Notes under the pieces: generated by a model
What the model saw: only the letters and a program-made list of their open reading frames with translations
Databases searched by the model: none
Told to the model about the DNA's origin: nothing
Translations under genes and position numbers: made by a program
DNA from: Spirogloea muscicola
Taxonomy: Eukaryota
DNA: 48,110 bases
NCBI GenBank assembly: GCA_009602725.1
Contig: WELB01000009.1
Location: 412,051-460,160, forward strand
Direction: 5' to 3'
In this document: one piece after another, positions 20,401-35,400 of the stretch
How positions within the stretch are numbered: the stretch's first letter is position 1
How the letters are laid out: each line of letters opens with the position of its first letter

Positions 20401-23400
20401 AGGCACATTGGAACCAGAGGAGGAGACTGGCAGCAAAGGGCATGGAATTGCTGGACAAGCTGCAGCCAAGCTTGAGGTGGCTCGGGAGCAGGTTGTGCAG
20501 GGGCTGGTGGGGAAGGGGAAAAATCAAGTCACCTTAGACCTACTTCTTGATATGGATCGTACCCAGTTCATATTGAACAAAGAGGATGGCTTGCAAATGG
20601 CTTTACTGGCTCAGGAGCGAATCCTTACTGAAGTGAAGGTTAGCATTCGGTGCCATTGAGAAGCTTAAGGCGAGCAAGACAGCAAAGCTTGTACACGAAG
20701 CAGATGAGATGCCGGGCTTTGTGACAGGCCGCATGTTTACAATCATCCTTCCTTTCTTTGCAGCAGAGGGCGCCCTCATGATGTGTATGTAGCAAGTTGC
20801 TGCTCCTGACAAATCCCGTCCTATTGTAACTCAACACGAATGTTTTGGCAGGTATATCCAGCTACATTCTGGCTTCAAGCTAATATAGGAAATCTTCGGA
20901 TCTGTGACTTGACACTTGGTGAGGGCCACCCGAATGCGTGGCTTTGTGACACCAGAGATACTGGGAGCAAGTCCTTTGTTGAGGTAGAGCAACTGCCTCT
21001 ACACCTGCCGTTCCACAGTGCATCTGTGCTTAACATCCAGCCTTTGAAGTCCATGCGTTTTTCCTTCCCAGAAGAGCATATGTGCCTTCAATGCATGGCC
21101 CTGACTTGCAGCACGCTGTCATGCTTGTTGGCTCCTGCATGCAGTTAGAGGTAGCTGCATACGACAAAGAGTCCGACAGCTATGCAGGATATGATTACAG
21201 TGTGGATGCGCGCCTTGCTCAAGTCCGCATTGTTTTGCTTTATCGCTTCATCCAGGAGGTCAGTGACTCTCTTTACATGTCTCACTCTTGGGGCACTGTC
21301 TGCATTTTCTCTAACAAAGTGGATTAGTAGAGTAATTATTTTTCTCTCACAGTTGCGTTGTGATCAACCCCTTCGTTAAGCAGCTGAAGGTGAACGGTCT
21401 TGTCATTGACATTGCAGTTGATTGGTTACTTCAATGGGCTGGCTCCAGAAGATCCTGGACAGCTTGTAGCTCTAAGGGAGGGTGTCAGTGAGGTGGAGAG
21501 ATTCTTTACGCAATCAGAGATTGAAGGAATGAAGGCTATTAAACTGGACCTAAGATTTGAGAAACCAGTTCTCATAGTTCCACGTGACTCCAACAGCCCC
21601 GAGTAAGACATGTCAAGCTGATAGGGCACTCAACGTAGGCTTAGCTTTTAGCTCTGATTGCCTGAGCATCCATTTCTCTCTTGCCACATTCACAGCTATC
21701 ACACTTCCATCTTTCTCGAGTAATGCAGATGCTGATGGTAATATGATTTCGAAGCTCAAATGTTACTGCTTCTGCAGCTACCTGGAGTTTTACATGCAAA
21801 GGACACATGTGTCCAACTCATTTCAGTGGCTGCATGGTGGAAAGGATGAGCCTTCTGCTGTCCACATGGAGAGGACCTCTGTACAGGCATGCAAATCAAA
21901 TTTCATCTTTGCAATGTCATGCATTCATTACTTTGTCATTGAATAATCAGGGCCTTTGTGTTACCCACTAATGTTCTTGGTGCTTTCGCAGGTCAAGGAT
22001 ATACACCTTGCTGTTGGCGTCGAGGGAAAGTCTGGACCAGGCATTATACAGCAGATTGGTGGCATTGACATCAAATTCTGCAGACCTTTACGAGATCTTT
22101 GGCATACCTATGCAGCATTTGAAGTGCTCGTAAAGGTGATGTCATATACAGACCTACTTGGATAGGGGACTTTGAAAGATCAGCCAGAGATCAGCCTTCA
22201 GCATCTTTACTTTCTTGGTAGGTTAGCTATAGACACTCTGGCAGCAGGGTGTTTTATTATATTGACAGTTGCACCATTCAGCATGTTCTCTGCACCTCAT
22301 GGGTGCTGACCGTTGTTTCAGTCACAAATTGCAGCTGGACAAGCTGCATGCAGCTATGTCAGACAAAGAGTGTGAGGTCATAGCTGAGTGCGCCACATCC
22401 AACTTCTCGGAGCCCGCACATCTGCCACCTCCTGTCAACCGGCAGCCTCAGCAGCCAGTCCAGCCCGACAGTTGCAAGGAGGCAGAATCAGAAGCCCCCT
22501 GCACAAGGGAAGAGGGGCCTCCTGATCTGGCTGAGAAACCTGTTACGGTTGTCTTCAAGGTTCGAGCGGACCTGGTGAATGCCCAGCTGGGGCTTTACAC
22601 AGGAGATAACAGAAACTCGAAGCTCGCATTCATGCAGGTGAGTCGCTTGCAAGCAGGTCACAGGATCTGGTGTACACACATCAAGCTATTTGTCTCCACG
22701 CATCTCGATGCAATTTTGTACTGCGTGTTAATTTAGCTGCTATTGAGTCAGGACCTCTGCAACTGTGTCCTGGTGCGTTGACAACACTTGACGCTGCCGG
22801 TTGGCGACCGCTGGTTGACATGCTCTTTCCTGAGCCTTTGCATTTGCATGTTGATGTGCAGTTGCAAGGCTTTTGGCTTGGTTACCACTCTAATTCTAAG
22901 CAAGAGCAGCATATCATGGCCACCGTCCCTCGGTTCTTTATCAAGGTAGCCAAGTACAACCTCACCAATGGCAGTGTACTTCAGTTCGTATATCAATAGT
23001 ACTCTCTTCACAGGAGACGATATCTAGCACTCCTGCAACTTCAGCATTAGGCAATAATGGCATGTCCTCATTCAGTAAAGATCAGTAAGTGGTGTAGCTG
23101 GTTACCTTGCAGTTTGAGTCGATGTAATCTGAGCATATTTGAGGCCCTGGTCCCTTTGCATGCTTGCAGGATGGTAGACCAGGCATACCAATGGAGTTGC
23201 GGTACATTATTGGCAATGCTGACGAGGTTGAGAGCATCACCAATACAGATACAAAGTCAGCTGCAGGAGCAAACAGCAACAGCAGCCAGAACACTCCATC
23301 TCAGAAGCTGATTGTCACGAAGGCCCTCAGCGGGCCTACGCTTACAATGCTTGTTGTGGATGTCAAACTTGGACCTAATCTTACGAGCATTTCATTGCGC

Positions 23401-26400
23401 ATGCAACGTCCAAGGTTGCTTGTAGCGGTTGACTTTCTTGTAGCCATTGGCGAGTTTTTCGTCCCATCGCTTGGGGCAGCGATGGTAGGCTCAGCAGCTG
23501 GCAAGGATGATGATGACCCCCTTGGCTTTAAGAGGGCCAACTTTCTGACACAGGAGCGCACGGTGCAGGTGATTGATTGCATTAGCTCCCTTACTAAGTC
23601 CCTTCATACACTCTCTTTGTTTCTTACTAAGTTTCAAGCATGCAGAGAACGTGATGAGAAATGCGTGTGAGAAAAGTTGGACACAAATATTGGCTTCAGA
23701 AAGTGGGTGCTGGTGCCTATAGCATCTGAAGTCCATACTTATCAGAAGACATCATCAGCATTTTGCCGCGTCAATCATCATGGTTGAAGTGCTTGCTTCA
23801 TTTACATTGCTTGTGGAGGCCATGAGACATGCACAGAAAGTAGGTTGCCTATCTCGGCCTTGATGATATGTTCCATGTGATTGCACTGCAGCGTAGGAGA
23901 ACTATCTTGTCACCCTCTCAGCCGCTCGTTGTGGATCATGCTGGACTTGAAAATTATGAGTATGATGGAGGAGGCGGAGTGCTTGTCCTTCAAGGCGAAG
24001 ATGGACATGACCTTCGAGCAGCGTCACCTGTGCCTCTCATCATAATCGGCAATAACAAGCAACTGAAGTTCAAGAACTTGCATATACAGGTGACTAGCAG
24101 CCAGTCTTCTTCAATGACCTCTGTCATGCTTTTCATGATTGATGCTCTTCATATTACTGAGGTCCCATCACCTTTGTAGGACGATATAAGCATCTGTAAA
24201 ATGAACAAGACGCTGATGCCTTCGCTGTAGCCTGCACTGCCTTTGAGAAGCTGTGCAAAAGCCTGCTGCACAAGACTTACTCTGCGATTGTCCTCAGAAT
24301 GGGGAGTACTTGGACTCTGCAGTACGACTTGGCTGTGGCAGTAGCTACAGCGCCCTTGCCGAGGACAATGTCCAGCTGAGCGGGCCTTCCAAATCGTCTA
24401 GCTTTGCTGATCAATTGAGATCAAGACGGCCTGATGTGAAGGCCGTCAAAGATTCGGCACACAAGGAAGAAGCAACTGCTCCTAATAACCTCTCACTTGA
24501 CATTCAGGTATTTGGACATTATTCGTTTATCGAGTGTGATACTGTTGAAAAGAGCATGCCTTGACACAACAATGCTTGCAGCAGGAAGCACCTAGAGATG
24601 TAAGGTTATTCGTCCCCATTATTGACCAAGGCCTCCATGTCTAGGCACTTGGCTCGGAGTTTACATTTTATGACAGCACAAAGTGGCCTGTTGAGGTCCT
24701 GCTCCACCCAGAGGTCATGCTTCGTGCACGAGTGAGTATCTTCGGCAGGTGAGGAAGCAACAGCTGTTGGGCTAGATGTTAGCAGTCTGCAGCTATGTTT
24801 CCCATATGACCTGTGCAGATGGATGGAGAGTGAGGCACAGGACTGAGCACTGCAGGCAATACATCAGACAGCAATTCTCACTGCTTGTTGTGCAGCATTC
24901 AGCCCTAATTAGAAAAGCCCAAGCCACATGCACATTATGTTTGCATGTTGCAGTGGAGATGCCCTATGATGTCATATCAAGATTTTCTCGACGTCCACTT
25001 ATCTGTGCAAGTATTGATCTATGCAAGGTCCTGTTTCCAGATGTGCTATGAGAGGAAATGATCTCGAGGTCAATGCCAGGGTGAAGAGCCTTGACATTAT
25101 ATCCTCCACGGGTTTGAATGTTCTGGAGCCTTTTAATACTGTACTGAGTTACTCAAGGGTAGCAGGGAGACAGAACGTCACTGTCAGCGCTACAGACATT
25201 GTAACCAATCTCTCTTTCAGTGTGTTACGACTGATGTACCGACTCAGTGCGGACTATATGCACCTGCTGCATATAACATCTGAGGATTTCACAGTGCCCT
25301 GTGGCCAGTTTGACAAGATTTGGTCGGACAGTGGTAAGCTTTTGAACACAAATGCTTTGCGCCGTACAGTCTGCTCAATCAATTTAGAAAGTCTATTGTT
25401 TCATGCCTGCTGATGGCCAGGTGACTATGGCCTTTCCCATGCCTTCGTATATAAGCTCTTATCCGTTTAACACGAGATACTGGCTCTGTCAGATTAATCG
25501 GGTTTAGAGTATTTCCCAACAAATGCATTCTTTGGAGCATTGCCTTGACCACAGCAGTCATCTGATTGATGATTTGTGTGTTTGTAACTTTATTCCTAGC
25601 AGTGGGCCACACGGGACAGCGGTTGGCATTTTGGCGCCCACGTGCTCCTCCAGGCTTTGCTTCGCTTGGTGACTGTGTGACTTCTCAGTGAGCACCTTGC
25701 CTGAAGGACAATGCAGAGCTTGCATAGTTCGAGCTTGTTGCATCTCTACAAACTTTAGCAGGATATTGGAGGAAAGCTTGTTGGCATGAAGTCATATACA
25801 CGTACTGATATTTGTATCAAGCTGCAGTGGCAAGATATCTCAGACTATCTGGACTTTTCAGCTGATATCTGAGTGCCGGGATTCGTTTACAGCAAGGACA
25901 AAACGATGGGCAATGATGTAATACTTGTGTTGACATCAATTTGTGATACTTGCACCTTCTGCAGTGACTTACCTCCGACGCAGACAGTCCTGGCAGTCAA
26001 CCTTGGACAAAACCTAGCAAGAAAGCCTGTCTCTTTTGAGCTTGTCTGGTCAACAAGGGAGGAACCAGCTGGTCAAACTTCTCTGCACAAGTCTGGGCAA
26101 CATGCAAATCAGTGCTATGTCTGGAAGCCACATCCACCACATGGATACATTGCATTGGGTTATGTAGCAACAACAGAAGATGGTCCTCCTCCACTTAGCT
26201 CATTGTACTGCGTCGTGGAATCGTTGATTACGCCATCCACTTACCTTCGGGATTGCATTTATCTTCCCAATCCCAGCAATAGGTATCACTGTGATTCATC
26301 TGCAGACTTCGTCAATCTCTCTTTCACAGGATCTTTCAACTACTTCGTTGCTGGGGGTGTGAATTCATAGATGACCTGATAGATTTGCACCTCAAATTCT

Positions 26401-29400
26401 CATTGCTAGTTAATTCTTGAGCAGGAGTCTGGATGCTGCCTTCTGGCGAATAGACAACGGGGCTAACTCATTCATTGTACGAGACACGGATTCCCTGCAT
26501 AATCTTCAAGCCTTCAACATACGGAGGCCTATGGCAGAGAAGACAGCTGTCACTATGGCCTACAATTCGTTGTCCTCTGACAGCGCCTCCAATTTTGGCT
26601 CAGCTGAGTCGCTTTCATTACTTGACAATCCAAGTTCTGCTAATTTGGCCTCTTTAAGGTATAGATCTGGCCGCTTCTATGAAAATGTGGGTACATTTTC
26701 TCGCATATGGTGGAACAAAGGTATCAGTTCGCAACAAAGTATCTCCATCTGGAGACCATCTCCACCCCAGGGTTACGCTATACTTGGTGATGTCTCTGTC
26801 ACAGGGTAAGTGTTTCAACGTGTACCAATACAGTGCATGTGTGGAGTAGTTGTCGGAATGAAACACATTGAAATGTGTACCAATGTGTTTCATTCCGACA
26901 ACTACTCCTGTTCAAGTATGGTGAGGCGTGTGCACAGAAGTCAGACGAGGTGCCTCACAATGTTGTAGGAAAATTTGTTCCCATATCCAACAGCTGATAA
27001 TCTTGGAACATTTCAGGTATGAGCCTCCAAGCCTGGTGGTGGTTGTGCAAGACACAGACGATGGACGCTTAGCTCTACCTGAGAAGTTCCTAGAGAAGGG
27101 GCACTTTGCGAAGGGCAAGATCATGGAGGACGTTACCTTCTGGTACCCTGTGGCGCCCAGTGGGTTCAAGGCTCTCGGCTACATCTGCAGTCGAGGGAGA
27201 AAGCCTCCGGATTTAGAAACAGTGCGGTGTGTCCGTGACGATCTTGTCCTGCAGGTCAAATTTGCCCCCAAGAGTCAGTGGAGTAATGAGGGCAGTCGGG
27301 GATCTGCTCGATGCAGCATTTGGCAAGCAGACAATAAGGTTTGCAGCAGGAGCTGGTCGCACTGGAATCTGCTTCCAATCCTTGCCTGAGTTGCTGGTCA
27401 TGTTGTGCTTGTCTGAACTGTAATAACAGGACCAATCCCAAGCTCACTATGCCTGCTCTTCCATACATGGCAGGCAAATACTTTCTACTTTCAGCAGGGA
27501 TTTGATGCTCCTCAGAAATGGCTTGCCTATGGGCTTGTAGACCTCAACAAGCCAAAGCTTGCGGACAGCATCATCCTCGAGCTCCACCTCACTGGCATGT
27601 CTACAACTTTCTATGACGATTTCGGTGGCCTTGTATGTTGTCCTTTATGCCTTTCTTCTTGATGTATTCTCAGCTTGATTGTGCGTAGGTTCCGCCAAGA
27701 GTCGAGGTCGTCACACGTTTCGGGCAGTGATGTGAGCAGGAGCCGCATAGCTGGCCTGCATTTCAGAGTTCTTCAACGTATCCTGTGTCTTTGTTGTGTA
27801 GCCGTTGTTTCACACATCACATTCAGCAAAAGGATGAGCAGGTAGCATGAGTTAGAGTGGTTGTCCAGCTGTCAGATGGTCACATCAGTATGCTGCTGAT
27901 GACTTTGACATACATTGTGCAGATGGCCCCCTTAGTGGATGCCACAATGTCAAACACGGTTATAAGTGTTCATGGTCGACCAGAGATCCTGAGTGTCAAT
28001 GGCAAGATAACTTTTGCCGCTTCTTCCTTTAATGGAAGAACCGATGCTTGGGAGCCACTGATGGAGCCCTTGACGGGATTTTCGAGGTAGCTAAAGACAC
28101 CTGCAATGCAGTTTCAAGCCTTGTCAAGGAAGAATACTCAATGGCATGGGTGTTCATGTGAACAAGGAAAAGAACTGCCATTTTCACAACTATAGACTTC
28201 TGTGCCAGTCCCATGTGACAATCTGACATTTGTAACCTTTCACAGGTATGAGTACAACAATGACAGGTCTGAGGCTGCTCTACCTGCCGGCTCAACTGTG
28301 AGGCTGTCCACGACAAGTGATGTCAATGTCAATCTCTCCTCGGCCAACACAAATTTGCTTCTGGAAGCGTATGCTAGCTGGACAAGACTAGCCAAGATCG
28401 AAGAAGAGGCCAAACGGCAGTTCCACCTGGTAATACTGTGGTTGCTGTATCACTCTCTAAGATAAGCCCATCCAGTGTCAAAGATGGCAACTCTACTTTA
28501 GCAGTCTACCACGTTGGTGCAATGCTGGTAATTTGCAATCTCTTAAGAGCAATTCAACAGCTACATCTGACACATGTACTGGCTTTTGTTGAGCAGAAAA
28601 TACTGGAAGAACAGGAAGAGACAGAGACTGATGAGAATGGGCCATCAGCTGTCCTCTCACAGCTCAGGCGTGCGTACATTGTCAAACACAATCAGCTTGG
28701 GCACGAGGTGTTTGTACGCGTGGTAGAGTCGAACTCAAAGCCGAGAGTGTTCCCACTGCCTTCAGGTGGAATTGCGTCTGTAACACTGCCTCCCAGAAGA
28801 GTAGTCTGGGACCCCACTACTGGAAGAGAAATAAAGCGACTGGCAAGGAAGTACTTGGCTTGCAGGATTGGTGGAGTTGAGGTATGGCTTGCATATCTAC
28901 AATACCTGCATCAGTGCACTGGTAGGATTCAAGTAGCTACTTAGCAACATGGCAGATGCCACTAGCTTGAGATGACCTATAAGTAGTGTTTGCAAGGTCA
29001 ACATAGTCTTGTGCCTTTCTGCTTTTCTGTAAGTTGATGCATAGCTTACCTGCTGGCTGCTCTTAGAGTTGGTAGATAGAACCGTAATGCGTGGTGTATG
29101 GTTAAATCTACAGTGTCCTGATGTTGGTAATATTGGGGAGCAAGAGTACTGCTGTACTCTTCGACTTGTACATAGAAGCCATCTATCTGAGCCTCAATCT
29201 GCACAAAGTGCACGCACACGCTGCTCATCCCCCACCATAGTATCTGGAGAAGGGCAAAGCAAGATACTTTCTGTAACTTGGGATGAGGTCTTTATGTTTG
29301 AGATGATATCTGAGGTGCGCATGCGTACCGCATACTTATTGTGTTTCTCACTTGAACTTGCACAGAGGTGTTGATGGCTAGAGCGCTGGGTCCATACACA

Positions 29401-32400
29401 TTGTGAGCTTGACTAAGCACTGACTGAATAGTCTCCTTCGGGCCTCTCTTTGACATAAACAGGATGACGACGCGCTTGAATGCCTGGTGGTCAACGTGGC
29501 GACAGGTCATGCCTCAATCCTTGAGACAAGTTCAATTTGGGTCATAAAGAGCAGCTGTGCCGCCTTCGTATCTGGTTGTAAGCCAGTATACATTGTAATC
29601 TAGAGAAGACTTAATAGATCACTACTGCTGAGACTGTTGCTTTGAATCTCTCAGGTGCACCAGTAGGGGTGCTCTCTTGCCCACTACTGGAAGAGGCAAA
29701 TACAAAATGGCGAGTCATTAGCACAAGGTTGAGGAAGAAAGTAGCGCTGAACTCTTGGCCGCGCTTAGAGCTACAGCGCCATCCTTTGTCATCATTACAG
29801 GCAGGCCAGGTATGTCATACATGTCAGCCTCAGTCAGTCTTTACTTTAAGCTGGACACTTCTTGTTGCCTTTTGCTGCAGATACTAGGACCCAGCACAAT
29901 ATCTGGAATTCTCGTCTTTGACTTTTCAATATCGAAATTCAGATGTCTTGAATCAACCTCTTTGTTGCAGGCATCATCAGGCAGCAGCCCAGGCACGTTG
30001 AGCTTGTCATATTACTTCTTCGTTGTTGACGGAGATGCTGGACAGCAGTCACTACAAGAAGAAGTTGAATCCAATGCAAGTGGCGACGAGCCAGGAACAA
30101 TACAAGTTGGCTATCAAGAAACTGGTCCATGGGTCAAGATCGGCTCCATGTATTCGCAGGGTGCCGTTCCTTGGGTCATTGGAGAAGAACAGGTCGCAAG
30201 TGAGACAAAAGTGGAGAGGGGAGTAAAACATCTCGTTGTTCGTTCTCTTGTCGTAGTTGTGAATGAGACAGATCTTCCTATTGCGGTCTGCCTTTGTCCG
30301 AGGTCATTGCTGTGCAGCGATCTAGTAGGCCAAAATGACGGCAATTCGGGCGGTGCTCGCTCATCACAATGGCAGACCGTGGTGCTGGAGGAGGTTTTTG
30401 AGAACCAGAGGTACCAGCCTGTGGCTGGGTGGGGCAGCTCATGGCCAGGACACCTATTCCTGACTGATCCGAAACGCTGGAGCGATCGAAGTTTCAAGCA
30501 GAGCTCTCAGGTGAGAAATGGCCACAATGATAACAGTGCCTGCTCATCGCTCCCTGTTGTCACCCTCTGCTTCGGTAGTCAGTGACGCTCATTGAAGCAT
30601 GCTCTCATTGAGGCAGGAGTTTCTGGAGCCCCCGCTGCCTGCTGGCTGGGAGTGGACAAGTGACTGGCAAGTGGAAAAGGCAGGGCATGTCAACAGGGAG
30701 GGTTGGGCGTACGCACCAGCTTTCAGAATATCTCATTGGCCTCCCTCTGCTAAAGCACGTCGTCGAGGAGTGCTGGACTTTACCAGGCGGAGAAGGTGGG
30801 TGAGGACGAGAGAACGAGTTGCTGGAGCAGGTGGTGAAGATAGGATGATCGTGGGTGTGCTTCAGCCAGGGGAGGATGTCCCTTTGCCATCTGCTTGCCT
30901 TCGTCGATCCAGCGCTGATTACTGCATACAGGTACACTTTACTTCACTTTACTTATTAGTCAGAGATCGTTAGCCTCAAGATGGTGTAAATGCATGTGCG
31001 TGTTACGCTCTGATCAACGAACTCCCTGCTATACTTGCTGCATTCATTTACCCTGCACCAGAACTTGGTGTCTGATCCAACCCAACTTGTTATAGCTGAG
31101 TACCGTCCTTTAAAACATTGTAGAAAGTTTTGCTGCCAGATATGCTTTCTTTGTCATTATACGAATGTGAATGTAAGTGGTGCACTACAGGTACGGCCAT
31201 ACGGGGGTGGAGATGTCACAACAGCCCAGCATGAATGGAGCGTGGCTGTTCGTGTACGTGCCAAAAAGAGGTCGAATGAAAGGGTGCCTGCATGGGAATT
31301 CAGGGCTAGAGCATTGTCCGAGACATGCGAGCTGGTTTGCTGCACTCTTGCTGAAGACGACCCTAAATCCCTCAGACAGAAGTCAGGTGGTGTGGATGCT
31401 GGGAGCTTAGGAAATATGCAGAACAGGACAAATGCGGCCGAAACGTGCAGTGTCCAACAAGAGTCAGTATCCTCAGTGCATGGAGGCCATGCTGTAGGCA
31501 CTACCAGCGAAGGCATCCTTGAAGGGCAATCAAATGCGGCTGGCAGCAGAATTCTGGATCTTGGGAAGGAGCCGGTGTGGTTAAGCATGGAGGCCTCCTG
31601 CAAGACTCTTGGACTAGTAGGAGCTCAAGAGTCTGCTAAGGACTGGAGGGTCACTATACGTCCTCCAATCTTGATTGAAAACTTGTTGCCCGTTGCTGGT
31701 ACCTTGCGCTTATGGGAGAAGCCTATGGATTCCTCAAATCTCATAATCCGTTGTGAGGGCAACTTGGGTGCTGGACAACAGACTGGGACTTGCTTCGCTG
31801 ACCTCAGGCAGACACTCTATCTTTCATTTGTTCCAGAGGGTGGTTGGACCGCCTCACAGGTACACATGCAGCAAGTTGCCGTGACGTCACCACATTACCA
31901 TTCCATGTTGCCCACTTTGAAATCTTTGGCTGGTCGACTGCATACAGGATAAGTAGCCATGGCTAATTTCTTCTGCTGTGTACAGTGTTCCAAAGTTATG
32001 CAGAACCGTCAGCTGAGGGCCTTCTGTCCATGTACCTATGTACACTTGCAGGAACACTGCATGATATCACACCCCTACAAGGAGGTCGCGAAAAGCATAA
32101 ATTACCTCAACAAACGCACGGGAAGGTGCTCAAGCGAACAAGCATGCAATTGAATATAGCTGGTGATCAAATGAGTGACCAGCAACTCAAGGTGGCATTG
32201 GGCTGGCTGGGTGAACAGCCACCAGGAATATGCGCCTGTATCTCACTTACCTGCTCATGTATGTAAATGCAGGAGACTCAAAGTAGCAGTGGAGCAGAAG
32301 TTGGGCTCCCATGCGGGTGCAGCCAAGGTTGTCTGTCTATCAGTGCCCTGTTGGTTGGACGTGGTTAATTGCCCTCCCCTTGCATTCAGACTTGTGGAAC

Positions 32401-35400
32401 TTCAGACGGACAAGCGTCCACAGCACAGCAAAGACATGACTATTGGCGCTGGCCTTCGGAAGACAACAAGCAGGCAAATCAGTCGCATGAAGCAATCTCT
32501 TAAGATGCCTTCTTTAGTTGAGGAGGTGACCGAAGTGGAGATTGTAGATCAGCCTACCATGCTCTCCAAATGCAATGTTGAGACTATGGGACTCATTGTG
32601 GGTCTGAGGGGCGAGTACGAGAGCGTCTTTGGCCCTCCAACACCCATTGCAAGCTTTGAGGTATGTTGGAGCTATTTTCAAGGCCACTTGTGTAGCCCCT
32701 ACTTGAACTTTTGCTGCAGAAACTCAGGCTTTGCAGCTGGAAGGTGTGCATCCTGGCACAGCAGTACGGATGAATCAAGCAAGCTGTGTATGATGAAAGT
32801 ATGTCTTACACCAGTGCAGCTTTGACGTTGTGAGAAATGTCTGCGTCATCATTGCAGGATGAGCAAGTAGAAATACAAGCGAGTGCAAAGGGAGGGTGGT
32901 TCATGAGATTGATGGTGACCTTGGATGTCTGCCCGTATGCAACTGAGAATGTGAAGGTAGAGAGATTCCAATGGATTAATTCAGCAAACATGTGTCCAAC
33001 TTATACTTTAGATCCGAATCTGACTTACTTGTGGCAGCACAAATCATCTGGTGACTTTTGCTTATGTATTCCAACTTGTGTGGGCAGGTCATCAAGCTCC
33101 GACCATATGTGGTTTTCACCAACAGACTCGGGCAGCCAGTGCATTTCCGGCAGAGTAACGTGGAATCTTACAGCAAAGTCTTCAATCAGGACGATTGGCG
33201 AGTATGGTGTCTTTCTGTGGCAAGTGAGCAGGCACAGATTGGTCAGGTACCAAACAAGAAGCCGTCTCCCATCACATCCGTCAAGCCTCAAAAGTAGTAT
33301 GTCAATTGTTGAGGACATGACATGGCACTGACTTCATTAGGTCACGAGTGGTGCTCTTTGTCTAACTACTGTAAGCACTGCACTGACTAGATTGGGGACA
33401 GAGGCTACAAGCTAAAGTAGTTCCATCAGCCAGAGAAGTAGAATGAATGAATGAAATCGTGATCATGATGACAGCTGAAGACAAACAGCAGTGAGTGGAG
33501 TCAGCCATTTGCAATGTCTGAGGAAGGAGTAACACATCTAGTACTCAGAGGAAAGGGGTCGAGAAGAGTGGAACCCTTGCGGTTAGATATTCACAGTGGT
33601 GAAGGCGAATCACAATACGTTGTGGCCATCCGTTGTGGTGCACAACCTCCATTTCGGTGAGCAGCACACTCAGCAGTATCTACCTCTGGTGCACTCATCC
33701 TCTCGTGGACTGTAACTTGCAGCATAACGGTGTGCATAAGCAGAATAAGCTCAAATATCTGCCATGCTCGTAATGGGTTCGGTGGAACTCATCTAAATAC
33801 GACATTGCAGGGTCGAGAATCGTTCTATGAAGACAATCGTAGAATTTCGGCAATCTGGGTCAGAAATGCTACCATTTCAACGCCTGGAGCCCCACTCTAC
33901 AGCCGCATTCGCTTGGGAGATACCTCTGGGAGAGAAGATCTTGGACATACAGGTGGTTGGAGACCAGCATGTGATGGGGAAATATACCATAGAGAGCGTG
34001 GGGGAGCATTTCCCATTGGTTGTAGACAATGCGACTGAAGGTTCTGAATTTCTGGGTTTGTCAGTGGATGTGGTCATTGAAGGAGCTGTCAAAGTGGTGT
34101 GGATTGGGGACTGGAAGGGCACTCCTGATCAAGCAGGCGGTGCAGGTCATGCTTTTGCACAAAATGTCTACAGGGATGGTCGAAGCAACAGTCTCAAGTC
34201 AGGACTTGATGCAAATGCTGAGAAGGAGAAGGGGGAGAAACGTTTGCGCAATGGCAATGCACAAATGCATAAGGAGCTCATTCTGGACATTTATAGTTTA
34301 GGATTGGCTATCATTGATCACCGGCCTCAGGAGCTTTTATTCTTGTCAATGAGGAGCCTTTTGGTCACTCTATCAAGTTCCGGCACTGGCCTCAGCAGGT
34401 ACTGCAACGCGATACGACACGAAGTCCTTACGATGATGGACTTGCGGCCTTGCAGATAGTCCTAGGAGGCATTTTCACCAACACTTGGTCCTGACTCACA
34501 TATTCTCAGCTTAGAACAGTCTGTCAAAGCAGCAGGCGTAGTGGCTAGACTAAACATCAAAGATTTCCAGTGCTCTGCCAAAGAATACTTTTCCTTCAAA
34601 GTATGATGCAGATGGACCGACATGTGCAGGTTCAAGATGTCGCTTGGTAAAGTACAACTTGACAATCAGCTCTTCAATACCTCATTACCTGTAATATTAG
34701 CACCTGAACATAGTAGCGATGGAGATGAGGCTTCTGCTCTGAGAGCTGTAGTTACTGTGCGTGATGAAGCGATGGAGGGTACAATTGTGTATGAGTATAT
34801 TGGAATTCAGGTATGACCGTGGAACCAAGATCATCAAGTCAGTGTGTTCTCATTTTTTATTTGTAGCTTCACACCATAATATCCAGTGGCTAAAGAGAAG
34901 TGCCTTTCCGGTAGGGGCAGTGGCTGTGGATGATGACATCAAACCAATGATCTGTGCAGGTGGTGGACGAGCCGTGGAGAATCAATCTCCACGAGCCTAT
35001 CATCTGGCGTCTGATGGAGCTCTATCAAACATTGAATCTGGACCGCATTTCTGGTGTAGGAGATGAGGGTGCACCAGTCAATGTGGATCCTAATGTCAGG
35101 ATAAAGTAAGATAAATGCTCTTCTGTTTCTGCTATAAGCATTTCTATGGTTGTGGGAGATAGATGACTAACCTTGTGCAGTGCTCTTGAGCATTGTCTTC
35201 TGACAAGAATGTTTGCACACAGGCACTTCAGTGATAGGCACTTCCACTTATAGTGGACTAACAATTGGCAAATGGTTGATGTTGTCACCATCTTCTTGTC
35301 AAACATTCATCCTCATGGTCCATGAAGAGTCGATGTTGTCACTATCTTCTGTCAAACAGTCATCTTCATGGTCCATAAGTAGTCACAGGTGCAGCGGGTA

